From a virus (lineage: Duplodnaviria > Heunggongvirae > Uroviricota > Caudoviricetes), in IMG/VR virus record IMGVR_UViG_2541047941_000005: a DNA stretch of 36,837 bases; one strand, 5' to 3'. Positions within the stretch are counted from its first letter, which is position 1; each line of letters opens with the position of its first letter. Below the pieces are notes generated by a model. That model had not been told where the DNA came from. It did no database searches and worked only from the letters and a program-made list of their open reading frames with translations. Of this stretch, positions 1 to 11,699 are shown in pieces. Position numbers and translations under genes: made by a program.

Positions 1-1284
1 TTACAGACTTCTGGAAGGTTGCGCAGCTCTTACAACACGCGGTTGATCTTCCGCAGCGTCTTCCAGCGCACTTAAATCACGGTCTTTCACCTCTGGCATT
101 TTCAGCGCAGAGATTAAACCAATTACTGAATATGCCATGATCATAATGGCGATCGGATACCAGGATTCCGTCATGGTGCAGAAAATACCCGCCAGGATAG
201 GACCAAAACCGGAAGCGATAAGACCACCAATTTCTTTAGAAATAGCCATCCGGGTAAAGCGGTTTTTACAGCCGAACATTTCTGCCATGGTAATGTTTTC
301 CAGAGCAAATAATCCCAGCACCGCACAGTTATGAATCACAATCAGTGCAACCATAATGGTGCTCGGGGCATAGCTTTTATCTACAATGATAGAAAGCATT
401 GGCCATGCCAGCACAATCGCGGAGGTATTCATAATAATATACGGGATCCGGCGACCAATTTTATCGGATAACCAACCAAGGAACGGAATGGTCATAAAGC
501 CGAGAATCGAACTAATCATCAATGCATCTGTTGGAATTGCTTTGTTAAACAATAACGTCTGCACTAAATAGCCTGCAAGGAAAGTCTGAATTAACCCGGA
601 GTTACCCGCCTGACCAAAACGCAGCCCTGTTGCCAGCCAGAAGGATTTGCTCTGGAACATGCTACCAGCAGGTGCAGGTTTTGCTGTGGGTTGGTTGCTG
701 TCATTAACCTTCTCAAAGACCGGGCTTTCTTTCAGATTCATACGTAACCAGATAGCAAAGACCATCACGACAACGCTCGCCAGGAACGGTATACGCCATC
801 CCCACGCCAGCAGTTCCTCTTTACTGAGAATGAAGAACATAAAGGCCCAGATTGCCGTTGCGCTCAAGGTTCCGCAGTTAGTTCCCATAGCTACAAATGA
901 GGAGATAATTCCGCGCTTACCTTTTGGTGCATATTCCGCCAGCATCGTACCGGCACCGGAAATTTCCGCACCTGCACCCAACCCCTGAATAATACGCAGC
1001 GTCACCAGCAAGATGGGGGCAAAAACACCAATCTGTGCATAGGTCGGTAACACACCAATTAAGGTGGTACAGATCCCCATCATGGTGATGGTAATAAAGA
1101 GCACTTTTTTACGCCCTATTCTGTCGCCCATTTTGCCGAAAATAAATGCTCCGACAATACGCGCCACATAACCTGCACCGTAGGTTCCCATTGCCAAAAT
1201 TAACGCCATTGCCGTTGATGATTCAGGAAAAAATATTTCATGAAACACCAACGCTGCGCCGAGCGAATATAACTGGAAATCCAT
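1..1284 (-). CDS. ydfJ: MFS transporter (ProP/metabolite:H+ symporter-like), 5'-truncated by prophage insertion
   Basis: 427-aa ORF with MFS motifs (GDRIGRKK, multiple TM helices); translation starts inside TM1 (MDFQLYSLGAALVF...FFP) and an in-frame stop lies directly upstream at 1288-1290. Confidence 0.75.
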   Translation of the reverse strand: MDFQLYSLGAALVFHEIFFPESSTAMALILAMGTYGAGYVARIVGAFIFGKMGDRIGRKKVLFITITMMGICTTLIGVLPTYAQIGVFAPILLVTLRIIQGLGAGAEISGAGTMLAEYAPKGKRGIISSFVAMGTNCGTLSATAIWAFMFFILSKEELLAWGWRIPFLASVVVMVFAIWLRMNLKESPVFEKVNDSNQPTAKPAPAGSMFQSKSFWLATGLRFGQAGNSGLIQTFLAGYLVQTLLFNKAIPTDALMISSILGFMTIPFLGWLSDKIGRRIPYIIMNTSAIVLAWPMLSIIVDKSYAPSTIMVALIVIHNCAVLGLFALENITMAEMFGCKNRFTRMAISKEIGGLIASGFGPILAGIFCTMTESWYPIAIMIMAYSVIGLISALKMPEVKDRDLSALEDAAEDQPRVVRAAQPSRSL

Positions 1285-1887
1285 AATTCACAGGTGTTTT
1301 TTCCCATCCTGTGGTTTCCTTGGCGTTTTCTAGGTTTTTTCAGATAGTTGCATTTTTTAAAAAGCATCCTAAGTTCGATCTCAGTGTCTATCTGGGGCCT
1401 ATTTCTGTCCCATATATGCCCCAAAAAAACTCCCCAACAGATAAGTAGTTTTTTCATGGATTTATGCGTAAAATCAAGAACGGCTGGAAATCATTCAATA
1501 CTCACACTATCGAAAAATTTACCAGCCAACCGCAGCACGTTCTTGCATAAGGCGTGTCTGCGGTTTTTCAACTATTCAGATACATCACTCCCATCACATT
1601 CATTCCTCCGCATCAAAGGCATATAGGCTATATCACCTTGATATTTTTCTTTTTCAGATAAAAACTGTTATCTATGTATACTTTTAAACCCAATCCGTGT
1701 AGAGTCTCTGCATAAGATAGTTTGCAGTTGCCGCTTCAGCTTGCGCCATAAACCGCCTGATTTTTGCTGCCACCTGTTAGCATTCCTGTATACCTGAAAC
1801 GACAATGTTTATCTACGAACTTTAAGAACACCCAAGATAAAAATTGTCAACTATATCATATATAACACATTACTAATTCGAGGCTAT

Positions 1888-2001
1888 ATGAACAGCATAC
1901 TGATAATCACTTCTCTCCTTATCATATTCAGCATTTTTAGTCATGCCCTAATAAAATTAGGGATTGGCATATCCAATAACCCAGACAAAACCGATGTATA
2001 A
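1888..2001 (+). CDS. Candidate small hydrophobic protein (37 aa, [37 protein letters not shown])
   Basis: ATG preceded by GAGG at 4-nt spacing; hydrophobic N-terminal stretch; in AT-rich prophage-terminal DNA; no homolog recognised. Confidence 0.25.
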
Positions 2002-2069
2002 GTCAACATATCCTGAATCAGACATACAATATCGCAATGAAAATCAATAATATTTTAAGGAATATCTTC

Positions 2070-2303
2070 ATGAAATCAAAAGACACCCTAAAGTGGTTCC
2101 CTGCGCAGCTTCCTGAAGTAAGAATTATCCTAGGGGATGCTGTAGTGGAAGTAGCAAAACAGGGAAGACCTATCAATACCAGAACATTGCTTGATTACAT
2201 TGAAGGAAACATAAAGAAAAAATCATGGCTGGATAACAAAGAATTATTACAAACAGCGATATCAGTTCTTAAAGACAACCAAAATTTAAATGGTAAAATG
2301 TAA
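2070..2303 (+). CDS. ydfK: YdfK/YnaE-family small prophage protein (77 aa)
   Basis: Translation MKSKDTLKWFPAQLPEVRIILGDAVVEVAKQGRPINTRTLLDYIEG... matches my recollection of K-12 YdfK; sits next to pin as in Qin. Confidence 0.7.
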   Translation: MKSKDTLKWFPAQLPEVRIILGDAVVEVAKQGRPINTRTLLDYIEGNIKKKSWLDNKELLQTAISVLKDNQNLNGKM

Positions 2304-2619
2304 TATAATAAACTTACTTTTTTATCATTTTTCCACTTTAACAACATTTTGCTCCACTTTTCCACGATCAAACAACTTGAAATCTGGTTAAAATAACACG
2401 CAACACTATTCTTCTTCCTTGAGTCCGCCCGGAACTCGAAAAACAAACCGAGTTAAAGCCATTTTTCACAAAATCGATTTTGGGTCTCACCAAAATTACG
2501 GGGTTGCATACGCATTCGTTTATTTTCGAACGTGTACATACAAATATGCACAAAAATAATCAAAATTATTTTCTGAGATGCATTATGATATGAACACCAA
2601 TTTCGTATAGAGTCTCACT

Positions 2620-3210
2620 ATGTCTCGAATTTTTGCTTACTGTCGGATATCAACGCTGGATCAGACCATCGAAAATCAACGCCGGGAAATCGAAAGTGCA
2701 GGTTTTAAAATCAAACCTCAGCAAATAATCGAAGAACACATTAGCGGCTCAGCAGCAACCAGTGAGCGTCCTGGTTTTAACCGGTTGCTTGCTCGCCTGA
2801 AATGTGGTGATCAATTGATTGTGACAAAACTGGATCGCCTTGGTTGTAATGCAATGGATATCAGGAAAACAGTGGAACAACTGACCGAAACAGGTATCAG
2901 AGTGCATTGCTTAGCATTGGGGGGCATTGACCTGACCAGTCCAACAGGAAAAATGATGATGCACGTAATTTCAGCAGTCGCTGAATTTGAACGAGACCTT
3001 TTACTTGAACGCACTCATTCCGGGATAGTAAGAGCCCGCGGCGCAGGGAAACGTTTTGGTCGACCACCTGTGTTAAATGAAGAACAGAAACAGGTGGTAT
3101 TCGAACGAATTAAGTCAGGTGTAAGTATAAGTGCCATTGCCCGGGAATTCAAAACCTCGCGGCAAACCATTTTAAGAGCCAAAGCAAAACTTCAGACACC
3201 TGACATATAA
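2620..3210 (+). CDS. pin: Serine DNA invertase (Pin/Gin/Hin family resolvase-invertase), 196 aa
   Basis: N-terminal catalytic motif [10 protein letters not shown], resolvase core, C-terminal HTH; length equals K-12 PinQ. Confidence 0.9.
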   Translation: MSRIFAYCRISTLDQTIENQRREIESAGFKIKPQQIIEEHISGSAATSERPGFNRLLARLKCGDQLIVTKLDRLGCNAMDIRKTVEQLTETGIRVHCLALGGIDLTSPTGKMMMHVISAVAEFERDLLLERTHSGIVRARGAGKRFGRPPVLNEEQKQVVFERIKSGVSISAIAREFKTSRQTILRAKAKLQTPDI

Positions 3211-3307
3211 AAAATAATCTCGGTGTGAGATGCTTTACGTCTTCCAAGCCCCCTTCCTTGCCGTAAATGGAAAGATACATCTAATTATAGAATTTATATG
3301 TTTTACC

Positions 3308-3883
3308 CTACGGCAGTGCTGGCCATTCAATATCCTGTGCAGTTGACGTATCAACACGGTTCAGCAACACCCGATACTTTTTCCAGGCTTCCAGCAACAA
3401 GGTTTCTTCCTCCGTTGCGATTTCCAGATCTACAGCATCCTGAAGTGGCGCAATATGCTCACTGACTACCTGCATCAGGCTGTTTTTTGTTTCTTCCGCC
3501 TCTCGGATCCGGAACAGTTTTTCTGCTTCTGCATCTTTCACCCAGGCTGTGCCGTTCCACTTCTGAAACTCCCCTTCCGGCGATAACCAGGTAACATTTT
3601 CCGGTAACGGACCGAGTTCAGAAATAAATAACGCGTCCCCTGACGCTACGTCATAAACCGTTTTACCCCGATGGTCTTCAACGAGATGCCACGATGCCTT
3701 ATCACTGTTGAAAACAGCCACAAAGCCAGCAGGAATATCTGGTGGTGCAATATCGGTACTGTTTGCTGGCAGACCTGTATGAGGCGGAATATATGCGTCA
3801 CCTTCACCAATAAATTCATTAGTTCCGGCCAGCAGATTATAAATTTTTATGGTCCGTGGTTGTTCACTCATTCTGAATGCCAT
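3308..3883 (-). CDS. tfa: Tail fibre assembly protein Tfa (191 aa)
   Basis: [39 protein letters not shown]... closely matches lambda/Qin Tfa; start overlaps stf stop. Confidence 0.9.
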   Translation of the reverse strand: MAFRMSEQPRTIKIYNLLAGTNEFIGEGDAYIPPHTGLPANSTDIAPPDIPAGFVAVFNSDKASWHLVEDHRGKTVYDVASGDALFISELGPLPENVTWLSPEGEFQKWNGTAWVKDAEAEKLFRIREAEETKNSLMQVVSEHIAPLQDAVDLEIATEEETLLLEAWKKYRVLLNRVDTSTAQDIEWPALP

Positions 3884-6843
3884 TATGCAAGCCTCACAAT
3901 ATAGTTAAATGCGATGTTTTTGACGGTGTTTTCCGCGTTACCAGCAGCGTTAACGGTGATGGTGTGTCCATGTGAACCAATCGCAACGGAGTGCGTATGA
4001 GCACCAATACCGACAGTATGCGCGTGTGCACCTGCAGATGCTGCTGTGCCGGACAGTGAATGGCTATGATTACCATCTGTACTGGTATTCGCTAACCACC
4101 CCGTAGACATACCTACTGAGCCTTGTACACCCCAGGTATTTTGACCTGAGCTTGTATAACCATATTGATAAGTATCTTTAAAAACACTGGGGTTAAATCG
4201 ACGGCCATCTCTATGGCTGTGATTACCAGCTGCATTCGTGCTGCCACTTAAACTATGGGTATGCGCACCAGTGTTATTCGTGGATTTAGTGCCGTAATCA
4301 AACGACGATGTGGTTTTCGTCCCCAAATCCGTACTGGATGCGCTGGCGCTGTGGGTATGCGATTTAATGCCGTCCTGTTCCTGAGACAATACGGCCCGAC
4401 CACTGGCAGGTTTGCCCTTAATCGTCCAGCCACGCATATCAGGGATCACGCCTGACGGATAAGCGGCTGCAAGTTTCGGGTATGCAGATTTGTCAAAAGT
4501 CTGCCCCTGCATCAGGGCATAGCCAGACGGAACGGTATCTGATGGCCACGGGATTGGTGCGCCAGGCGGATAAAACTGCTCTGATGGCGTATAGAGTGAA
4601 TAAACTGTACCGTCCGTTAACCCTTCCGGCTTATTAGCAGAATATGCTGGTGACGTATGAATCGTCACGCTGGCATTACTGGTATAATCCCATTGAATAT
4701 TTACACCAGTCGCATAATTTCCGATTGCAACGTAAATATCGTAAGTATCACCAGATGTATTGACCCAGGCAAAATTTGTAAACCCTGTCGATGTGCGCTG
4801 CCATAAAGCACCAGTAATCCCCTTCGGATTACCATTACCTGCACGTAAAACAAGTTCAGATATACCTGCCTGTTGAGGTGACCCCACGTTAAATCCAGCG
4901 CCACCAATCAACGTAATTGAAACAACAGAACTCGCCTGTGGCATGGTTACCGTTGCTAATTTGAACCAACCAGCACCACCGCTGAATGACATTGTTGTTG
5001 AGTTAAGCGTACCAATATCTTTCGGCGTCAGTGTTATATCCGCTGAAAGCGCCTTACCATTCACCTTACGGGCAGAAGGTACCCGACCATTCGCATTGTC
5101 ATTAGCTGCTTTCACTGCTTTCGGTGTCGCAGCAAGCGTTTCAGATGTGCTGTTGGTTGCACTACTGAGCTGGACAATTCCTTTTTGTGCTGTCGTAGCG
5201 TCCTGTGCGGTGTATTTCCCGTTAGCCAGGTCATACGCGGCCTTAACGGCTTTTGGCGTTGCCGCCTGTGACTCGGAAGTGCTGTTAGTCGCACTGCTGA
5301 GCTGAACTATCCCTTTCTGTGCTGTCGTTGCATCCTGTGCGGTGTATTTCCCGTTAGCCAGGTCATACGCGGCCTTAACGGCTTTTGGCGTTGCCGCCTG
5401 TGACTCGGAAGTGCTGTTGGTCGCACTGCTGAGCTGTACTATCCCCTTTTTCGTCGTGCTCGCATCCTCAAGCGCCACGGCGGATGCAATATCCTCTGCC
5501 CGTTTTGCTGCTGTCTCGGCGCGCGTTGCCGCGGATTCCGCCGTACTTTTGCTCTGTGCTGCCGCTGCCGCACTGCCAGCAGCCTCTGTCGCCTTCGTGG
5601 ATGCCGTCGTGGCGCTGCCCCTCGCTGCTGACGCCTGTCTGGTCGCCTCATCTTTTGAAGCAGACGCAGATGATGCCGATGACGCCGCCGAACTGGCGGA
5701 CGATGCGGCAGCCGTTTTTGAGGATTCTGCGCTGGTTTCCGACGCTTTCGCGTTCGTTTCGGATGTCTTCGCTGCGGAAGCAGACCTCGCTGCTGCGCTG
5801 GCCTGTTCAGTGGCTTCGCCAGCCTTCGTTGTGGCTGTTGAAGCGGATGATGCGGCGCTTTCTGCCGATTTTCCGGCGGCGGTGGCACTGACTGCTGCCT
5901 CCTCTGCCTTAATGGACGCCTCACGGGCCGATGATGCAGCTGCTGTCTCAGAGTCTGCCGCAGCTGAGGCGCTCTGTTCCGCTGCCGTTTCAGAAGACCT
6001 GGCATTCGTCTCGGACGTTTTTGCCGCCTTCACGGAATTTCCTGCCGCCGTTGCCGAGGAGGCTGCACTGCTGGCGCTTGTGGAGGCGTTCGTTTCTGAT
6101 GATTTTGCCGCCTCTTTGGAGGCCGCCGCATCTCTGGCTGAAGTGGCGGCTTCTGACGCTTTCGTCGTCGCAGTGGATGCAGAAGTGGCTGCTGATTTTT
6201 GTGACGCTGCAGCATTCGTTTCTGACGTTTTCGCCGCACCGGCACTGGTGGCCGCCGCGCTTTTTGAGGACTCTGCAGCGGCAGCACTTTTTGATGCTTC
6301 AGTGGCCTTTGTTGATGCCGTTCCTGCGCTGGAAGACGCCTCCTGAGCCGAAGTCGCGGCCTGTCCGGCTGACGTGCTGGCTGCACGCGCTGAGCCTGCA
6401 GCATCAGTCGCATGGGTTGCCGCCTCACGGGCAGATGTGCCGGCATCACTGGCTGACTTCTTCGCGGCTGCCGTGTTCTGTGCCACCGCGGACGCGTTAC
6501 GCGCCACCTCTTCCACCATCAGTTCAAAACGGCGCAGAGCCTCCGGACGGGCATCATCCTCCGTCATGGCACCGAGAAAATCATTCAGCGTACCGGGTCG
6601 GGAATCTTCATACACGGTGATGGTCCCGGCATGTGACGGCGGGAATCCTTCCACCAACAGAATAACGCTGTACTGACCGTACTCAACGTCCATGCTGTAA
6701 CGCCCGGCTTCATCCGGATTTTCAGATGCCACCGTGTTCACCACCACCGTGGTGCTGTTACGTTTTGCTTTCAGCTGGATTGTGCAGTTCTGTACCGGTT
6801 TACCTGCACCGTCTTTCAGTACACCTGAAATCTTTACTGCCAT
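3883..6843 (-). CDS. stf: Side tail fibre protein Stf (about 986 aa)
   Basis: N-terminus [26 protein letters not shown]... as in lambda Stf; long Ala/Ser/Thr-rich region; 3 tandem 44-aa repeats; C-terminal HxH-rich tip domain ending [14 protein letters not shown] at 6843 (the tracker start at 6849 is GTG). Confidence 0.9.
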   Translation of the reverse strand: MAVKISGVLKDGAGKPVQNCTIQLKAKRNSTTVVVNTVASENPDEAGRYSMDVEYGQYSVILLVEGFPPSHAGTITVYEDSRPGTLNDFLGAMTEDDARPEALRRFELMVEEVARNASAVAQNTAAAKKSASDAGTSAREAATHATDAAGSARAASTSAGQAATSAQEASSSAGTASTKATEASKSAAAAESSKSAAATSAGAAKTSETNAAASQKSAATSASTATTKASEAATSARDAAASKEAAKSSETNASTSASSAASSATAAGNSVKAAKTSETNARSSETAAEQSASAAADSETAAASSAREASIKAEEAAVSATAAGKSAESAASSASTATTKAGEATEQASAAARSASAAKTSETNAKASETSAESSKTAAASSASSAASSASSASASKDEATRQASAARGSATTASTKATEAAGSAAAAAQSKSTAESAATRAETAAKRAEDIASAVALEDASTTKKGIVQLSSATNSTSESQAATPKAVKAAYDLANGKYTAQDATTAQKGIVQLSSATNSTSESQAATPKAVKAAYDLANGKYTAQDATTAQKGIVQLSSATNSTSETLAATPKAVKAANDNANGRVPSARKVNGKALSADITLTPKDIGTLNSTTMSFSGGAGWFKLATVTMPQASSVVSITLIGGAGFNVGSPQQAGISELVLRAGNGNPKGITGALWQRTSTGFTNFAWVNTSGDTYDIYVAIGNYATGVNIQWDYTSNASVTIHTSPAYSANKPEGLTDGTVYSLYTPSEQFYPPGAPIPWPSDTVPSGYALMQGQTFDKSAYPKLAAAYPSGVIPDMRGWTIKGKPASGRAVLSQEQDGIKSHTHSASASSTDLGTKTTSSFDYGTKSTNNTGAHTHSLSGSTNAAGNHSHRDGRRFNPSVFKDTYQYGYTSSGQNTWGVQGSVGMSTGWLANTSTDGNHSHSLSGTAASAGAHAHTVGIGAHTHSVAIGSHGHTITVNAAGNAENTVKNIAFNYIVRLA
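5095..5448. repeat. Tandem 132-bp repeats (2 full copies + 1 diverged partial) inside stf, encoding [44 protein letters not shown]
   Basis: Same 21-mer gtgtatttcccgttagccagg at 5210 and 5342 (period 132); protein repeat seen three times. Confidence 0.85.
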
Positions 6844-6854
6844 ATTCACCCCAC

Positions 6855-6881
6855 AAAAAAGCCCGCCTGAACCGGCGGGCT
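6855..6881 (-). terminator. Rho-independent terminator between lom and stf
   Basis: Minus strand agcccgcc-ggttca-ggcgggct followed by TTTTTT. Confidence 0.6.
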
Positions 6882-6907
6882 GTCATAACACTGTGTTACC
6901 TGGCTAA

Positions 6908-7507
6908 TCAGAACTTATAACCGACACCCACGATGAAACCGTCAGTGCGCCAGTCGCCACTGCCGGAGCCTTCATAAGCGACATCAATGGCCACGGATTC
7001 GGTCGGGTTAAACTGCACGCCAGCCCCCCACGCCAGAGACATGTTGCTGTGGCGACCGTCATCACTTCCGGTCAGCACATCGTGCGTTTTCCCCTTGTTG
7101 TCAGTTACGCGGAGATAATCCCCGGAGAAAGTCGACACACGGCTGTAAGCCACACCCGCCATCGCATACGCGCTGAACCATTCATTCACGCGCACAGACG
7201 GCCCCGCCATTACGCTGAACCAGCGGTTACGAACGGAATCTTCATGCCAGCGGGTATCGCTGTAATGGGTCAGCTGGCGATTCTTGTCTCCTGCATAGCT
7301 GAATGACGTCACCAGCCCCAGCGTATCCGTAAACTCATAACGGTATTTCACGTTAATCCCGTTCAGATCATCACTGCCGGGAACGTTGGTCCGGGCATGA
7401 AGATACCCCGCGCTCAGCGTGGACTGATGTTCAGACGCCCATGCAGGCGCACCGGATACGGCCAGACAAATGGCTGCGGACAAAATGGCGGCACAAACTT
7501 TACGCAT
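6908..7507 (-). CDS. lom: Lom outer membrane protein (Ail/Lom/PagC family), 199 aa
   Basis: Signal peptide, and C-terminus ...DVAYEGSGSGDWRTDGFIVGVGYKF as in lambda Lom. Confidence 0.9.
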   Translation of the reverse strand: MRKVCAAILSAAICLAVSGAPAWASEHQSTLSAGYLHARTNVPGSDDLNGINVKYRYEFTDTLGLVTSFSYAGDKNRQLTHYSDTRWHEDSVRNRWFSVMAGPSVRVNEWFSAYAMAGVAYSRVSTFSGDYLRVTDNKGKTHDVLTGSDDGRHSNMSLAWGAGVQFNPTESVAIDVAYEGSGSGDWRTDGFIVGVGYKF

Positions 7508-7531
7508 AATTACCTCTCGCTTTTCTGCAAT

Positions 7532-7555
7532 AAAAAAGGCGTCATTCCTGACGCC
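7532..7555 (-). terminator. Rho-independent terminator downstream of J
   Basis: Minus strand ggcgtca-ggaa-tgacgcc followed by TTTTTT. Confidence 0.6.
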
Positions 7556-7577
7556 ATTTATTGGGGTTATAAATATT

Positions 7578-10500
7578 TCAACGAATACTGATGCCGGAAG
7601 CCGCTTTTTTGGTCACAATCACCGTACAGTCGGTGATATTGCCTGCCCCCTGATTGCCTTTCTGGAAAATCTTAAACTCCAGAGTGACGCTACCACCACC
7701 ACTAGGCATATCAATAACTGCACTGTAACTACCGGGAATGGCCCCTTTAGTTTCTCTGGATGCGATTAATACGCCGTTTTTGCGAACTTCAAAACCATAA
7801 CCCGTGTATCGCGTGCCTCCCGGGTTATTTCCGCTCCCCGGATCGTCATACGCTATACCGTTAAAAATAATGGGCGGAATAATAATCTGGCGGTCAAAGT
7901 TATGATCATCGCTGATGGTGACTGTAACCGTACCGTTTGGTGTTTCCGTGTTACCCCACGTACCGACTTTTTTCGGGAAGGCTTTTGATACAGCTTTAAC
8001 GAAATCCCCTCTGACCTGGGTCGCCTCCAGCATGCCCTTAATCGTACAGTTCTGGTTAATCGTGACATTGTTGAGCGTTCCTGAGTTCGCATTCACACTA
8101 CCACTGATATCCGCATTTTTAGCGGTCAGCTTTCCGTCTGATGTCAGGGAAAATACCGGAGGACTGCCACCGCTGGTAATGGCGGGGGCTGTCAGGCGCT
8201 TCAGGAACACGTCGTTCATGAATATCTGGTTGCCCTGCGCCACAAACATCGGCGTTTCATTCCCGTTTGCCGGGTCAATAAACGCGATACGGTTAGCGGC
8301 AACCAGAAACTGGCTCAGTTTGCCTTCCTCCGTGTCCTCCATGCTGAGGCCAATACCCGCGACATAATGTTTGCCGTCTTTGGTCTGCTCAATTTTGACG
8401 CCCCACATGGCATTCCATTTATCGTTAGCGTCCTGCCACTCTTTCGAAAACTGATCCAGTCTGCTGGCGTTATCCTCCGTCAGATCAACTTTTTCCAGCA
8501 GCTCCTTGCCGAGATGGGATTCGGTTATCTGGCCTTTGAAAAAATCCAGGTAACCTTCCGCATCATCGCTCGCCCGACCGACGGCCTCCACGAATGCCGA
8601 TTTGCCAACGGTGTTCACACTGCGGATATAAAAGTAATAATCATGGCCCGGTTTGATATTGATACTGGCGGCTATCCAGTACAGCGCCGTACCAAGATAG
8701 CGGGCTGTGGTTTCTACCTGCCTGATATCGGTAATCCGCGTTTCCGAGAACCAGAACTCAAACTGTACCGTCGGGTCATAAACGGCAAGATGTGGCGTGG
8801 CGGTTATCTGAAAATAGCCCGGCGTCAGCTCAATCCGCGACGGCACTGCAGGTGCGGCAATCCGGAACGATACCGATGCCGGATCGCCCTGCTGCCCCCG
8901 GGCATTTACCGCCCGGACTGTCAGCCTGTAGTTCCCCAGCGCCAGTTGTGTGAAGCGGTATGTGGTTTCCGCCGTCCGGGCTGTGCTGACCAGCCGCTCA
9001 CTGCCGTCATCCGCTGCCACGGTCAGGCGAAGCATGAAACTCACGCCCTTCACCACCTTCGGCGTATCCCAGCGGGCCAGTACCTGATACTCCCCGCTGT
9101 CTGCGGTAACTTCGGCAGTCAGGTGCTGCACTGCTGGCGGCGTGACACCATTCACCGTGCCGCTCTGGTCGCCGTCAAAGTGCGCCCCGTTATCCACGAT
9201 GGCTTCTTTTTCCGGTACATGCTGCACGGCGGTGATGGCATACGTGCCGTCGTCGTTCTCACGGATACTCACGCAGCGGAACAGGCGCTGGCGCAGCGTC
9301 GGCAACTTCAGCCCCCACACACTGTATTCTGCAACGCCGTCAGGAACCCGGTTCACTTTCACCTTAAGTCCGTCGGTGACGGACTGGACCTCCACGCTGA
9401 CCGGATTACCACTTCCGTCAACCAGGCTTATCAGCGTGGTACCGGAGGATGGCAGCGTGATTTCACGGTCGAGCGTCAGCGTCCGGGTCTGGCTGTTCAC
9501 CGCCAGCACGCGACCACCGGTGCTGATACCGGCATAGTCATCATCGCAGATTTCAATGACATCGCCCGGTACATGGCGAAGCCCTTCAGCACCCACGCTG
9601 AAATCCACGGTCTGCGTCTCCAGCAGTTCCGTTTTAATCAGCCACAGCCCGGCGCGGTGTGCCTGCCCCCGGCTGGTACAGCCAAAGGCATCCATCTTCG
9701 TGACATTACGACCGTAACGGGCAATGGCCTGCGTATCTTCAACAAGCTCTGTCGCCGTCTCCCAGCCGTTGTCCGGGTCAATCCAGTTCACCTCAACGGC
9801 ATTATGGCGGTCCTTCAGGGCGCTGAAGCTGTAGCGGAACGGCGCGCCATCATCCGGCATCACCACATTACTGCGGTTATAGGTCCACACCTTATCCGAC
9901 GGTCGGTCCTGCACGAACGTCAGCGTCTGCCCGTTCCATACCGGCATACAGCGCATCGCCGAGCAGAAATCACTGAGCACATCCCACGCCTTGCGCTGTG
10001 TGGTCAGGTACGCATTACAGGTGATGCGCGGCTCCGTGCCGCCAAAGCCGTCCGGCACTGACTGGTCGCAGTACTGGCCGATGACATACAGCGCCCATTT
10101 GTCCACATCCGCCGCACCAAGACGTTTCCCCATGCCGTAGCGTGGATGGGTCAGCATATCCCACAGACACCAGGCCATGTTATTGCTGTATGCCGGTTTT
10201 AACGTTCCGTCCCAGATACCGCTGTATTGCCGCGTCTGCGGGTTATAGTTCGACGGCACCTGCAGAATGCGCCCGCGAAGATGATAATTACGGCTCACCT
10301 GCTGGCTGCCGAACTGCTCCGAATCCACCTGTACGCCGACCAGTGCCGTATTCGGGTAGCACTGTTTCACATCGATGATTTCGGTGTATGACGACCAGAG
10401 CGTTTTGTTCTGCAGCTGGTCTGTGGTGCTGTCCGGCGTCATCCTGCGCATCCGGATACTGAACGGGCGCGGCGGCAGGTTATCCACCACCACCGAGGCC

Positions 10501-10991
10501 AGATACTGCGAGGTGGTTTTGCCCTTAATGGTGATGTCTTTTTCCGTCACCCAGCCACCATTACGCTGTATCTGAACCAGCAGGCGAACTTCCGACGGAT
10601 TCCGGTCCCCCTTTGAGGTGGTTTCCACCAGTGCCTGCACACCGAAGGTAAAGCGCAGTCGGTCAATGTTTGCCGACGTGATGGTCCGGGTGATCGGCGT
10701 GTCGTATTTCACTTCCGTACCCAGCACCGTCTCGGAGCCGGAGGATTCAAATCCCTCCGGCGGTGTCTGCTCCTGCTCACCGGCCCGGAACACCACCGTG
10801 ACGCCGGAGATGTTGGTATTCCCCTCACTGTCCAGCACCGGCGTACTGTTCAGCAGCACGCTTTTTAATCCATCCACCGGACCTTCAATCGGCCCTTCGC
10901 TGATGGCATCGATCACACTCAGCAACTGCGTGGACTTCAGGTTGTCCTTCGTTTCGCGCGGAGTATGCCCCTTACTGCTGCCTTTACCCAT
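7578..10991 (-). CDS. J: Tail tip / host specificity protein J (1137 aa)
   Basis: Size and position match lambda J; N-terminus [26 protein letters not shown]...; fibronectin-III-like central repeats; divergent C-terminal receptor-binding region. Confidence 0.95.
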   Translation of the reverse strand: MGKGSSKGHTPRETKDNLKSTQLLSVIDAISEGPIEGPVDGLKSVLLNSTPVLDSEGNTNISGVTVVFRAGEQEQTPPEGFESSGSETVLGTEVKYDTPITRTITSANIDRLRFTFGVQALVETTSKGDRNPSEVRLLVQIQRNGGWVTEKDITIKGKTTSQYLASVVVDNLPPRPFSIRMRRMTPDSTTDQLQNKTLWSSYTEIIDVKQCYPNTALVGVQVDSEQFGSQQVSRNYHLRGRILQVPSNYNPQTRQYSGIWDGTLKPAYSNNMAWCLWDMLTHPRYGMGKRLGAADVDKWALYVIGQYCDQSVPDGFGGTEPRITCNAYLTTQRKAWDVLSDFCSAMRCMPVWNGQTLTFVQDRPSDKVWTYNRSNVVMPDDGAPFRYSFSALKDRHNAVEVNWIDPDNGWETATELVEDTQAIARYGRNVTKMDAFGCTSRGQAHRAGLWLIKTELLETQTVDFSVGAEGLRHVPGDVIEICDDDYAGISTGGRVLAVNSQTRTLTLDREITLPSSGTTLISLVDGSGNPVSVEVQSVTDGLKVKVNRVPDGVAEYSVWGLKLPTLRQRLFRCVSIRENDDGTYAITAVQHVPEKEAIVDNGAHFDGDQSGTVNGVTPPAVQHLTAEVTADSGEYQVLARWDTPKVVKGVSFMLRLTVAADDGSERLVSTARTAETTYRFTQLALGNYRLTVRAVNARGQQGDPASVSFRIAAPAVPSRIELTPGYFQITATPHLAVYDPTVQFEFWFSETRITDIRQVETTARYLGTALYWIAASINIKPGHDYYFYIRSVNTVGKSAFVEAVGRASDDAEGYLDFFKGQITESHLGKELLEKVDLTEDNASRLDQFSKEWQDANDKWNAMWGVKIEQTKDGKHYVAGIGLSMEDTEEGKLSQFLVAANRIAFIDPANGNETPMFVAQGNQIFMNDVFLKRLTAPAITSGGSPPVFSLTSDGKLTAKNADISGSVNANSGTLNNVTINQNCTIKGMLEATQVRGDFVKAVSKAFPKKVGTWGNTETPNGTVTVTISDDHNFDRQIIIPPIIFNGIAYDDPGSGNNPGGTRYTGYGFEVRKNGVLIASRETKGAIPGSYSAVIDMPSGGGSVTLEFKIFQKGNQGAGNITDCTVIVTKKAASGISIR

Positions 10992-11051
10992 TCCTCACGC
11001 TCCATAAACGACAAAACCGCCCGGAAGCGGTTTCACATAAAACGTTTTTCA

Positions 11052-11699
11052 TCAACGACCAATCACCACAACCTGACCACCGTCCCCTTCGTCTGCCGTG
11101 CTGATCTCCTGAGAGACCACCCGCGACCCCACGCGCATTTCACCGTACAGAACGGGCAGAACATTGCCCTGGGCAACCATGTTATCCAGTGAGGAGAAAT
11201 AGGTGTTCTGTTTGCCGTTATCTGTACTTGCTGCCGTGGGCGTCCTGGCTTTCGGTGCCAGCATCTGCGCCACTCCGCCCAGGATCATACTGGCCCCTGC
11301 CGCATACATGCCCGATACAGCCGCGGCACCCAGCCAGCCCACAGGGTTCCACCATGACACCGCAATCAGCGCCGCCCCCAGCACCACCTGAAACACACCG
11401 CCACTTTTAGCTCCCGCCAGACGCGGCACGATGTGGATCACGGCACCATTTGCCAGCGGCTCATTCAGACGGGCAGACAATTCGGTTTCACCTGCATCAC
11501 GCCCGGCAATGCGTACCTGGTACCAGCCGTCGCTCAGTTTCTGACGAAACGCCGGGATCTGCATGGCCAGCGCCCGGATGGCTTCGGACCCCGTTTTCAC
11601 TCGAAGGTCGATGCGGCGGCCAAATCGTTGTAAATCCCCGTAAAGGCAGATGCGTGCCATGCCCGGTGACGCCAGAGGGAGTGTGTGCGTCGCTGCCAT
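11052..11699 (-). CDS. I: Tail tip assembly protein I (215 aa)
   Basis: MAATHTLPLASPGMARICLYGDLQRFGRRIDL... and C-terminus ...VVSQEISTADEGDGGQVVVIGR as in lambda I. Confidence 0.9.
   Translation of the reverse strand: MAATHTLPLASPGMARICLYGDLQRFGRRIDLRVKTGSEAIRALAMQIPAFRQKLSDGWYQVRIAGRDAGETELSARLNEPLANGAVIHIVPRLAGAKSGGVFQVVLGAALIAVSWWNPVGWLGAAAVSGMYAAGASMILGGVAQMLAPKARTPTAASTDNGKQNTYFSSLDNMVAQGNVLPVLYGEMRVGSRVVSQEISTADEGDGGQVVVIGR

Noticed and set aside
1200-1626. ORFs 1200..1457 (minus) and 1348..1626 (plus)
   Set aside because: The first spans the host-prophage junction and overlaps ydfJ; the second has low-complexity translation and no ribosome-binding site.
4943-6676. Multiple 100-330-aa ORFs on both strands (5342..6346 plus, 5439..6005 minus, 5931..6620 plus, 6030..6449 minus and others)
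   Set aside because: All lie inside the Ala/Ser-rich repetitive part of stf; their Ala/Arg/Pro-rich low-complexity translations are typical of alternative frames of GC-rich repeats.
8367-10061. 564-aa plus-strand ORF
   Set aside because: Entirely antisense to J, with no ribosome-binding site or recognisable domains; an artefact of a long GC-rich coding region.
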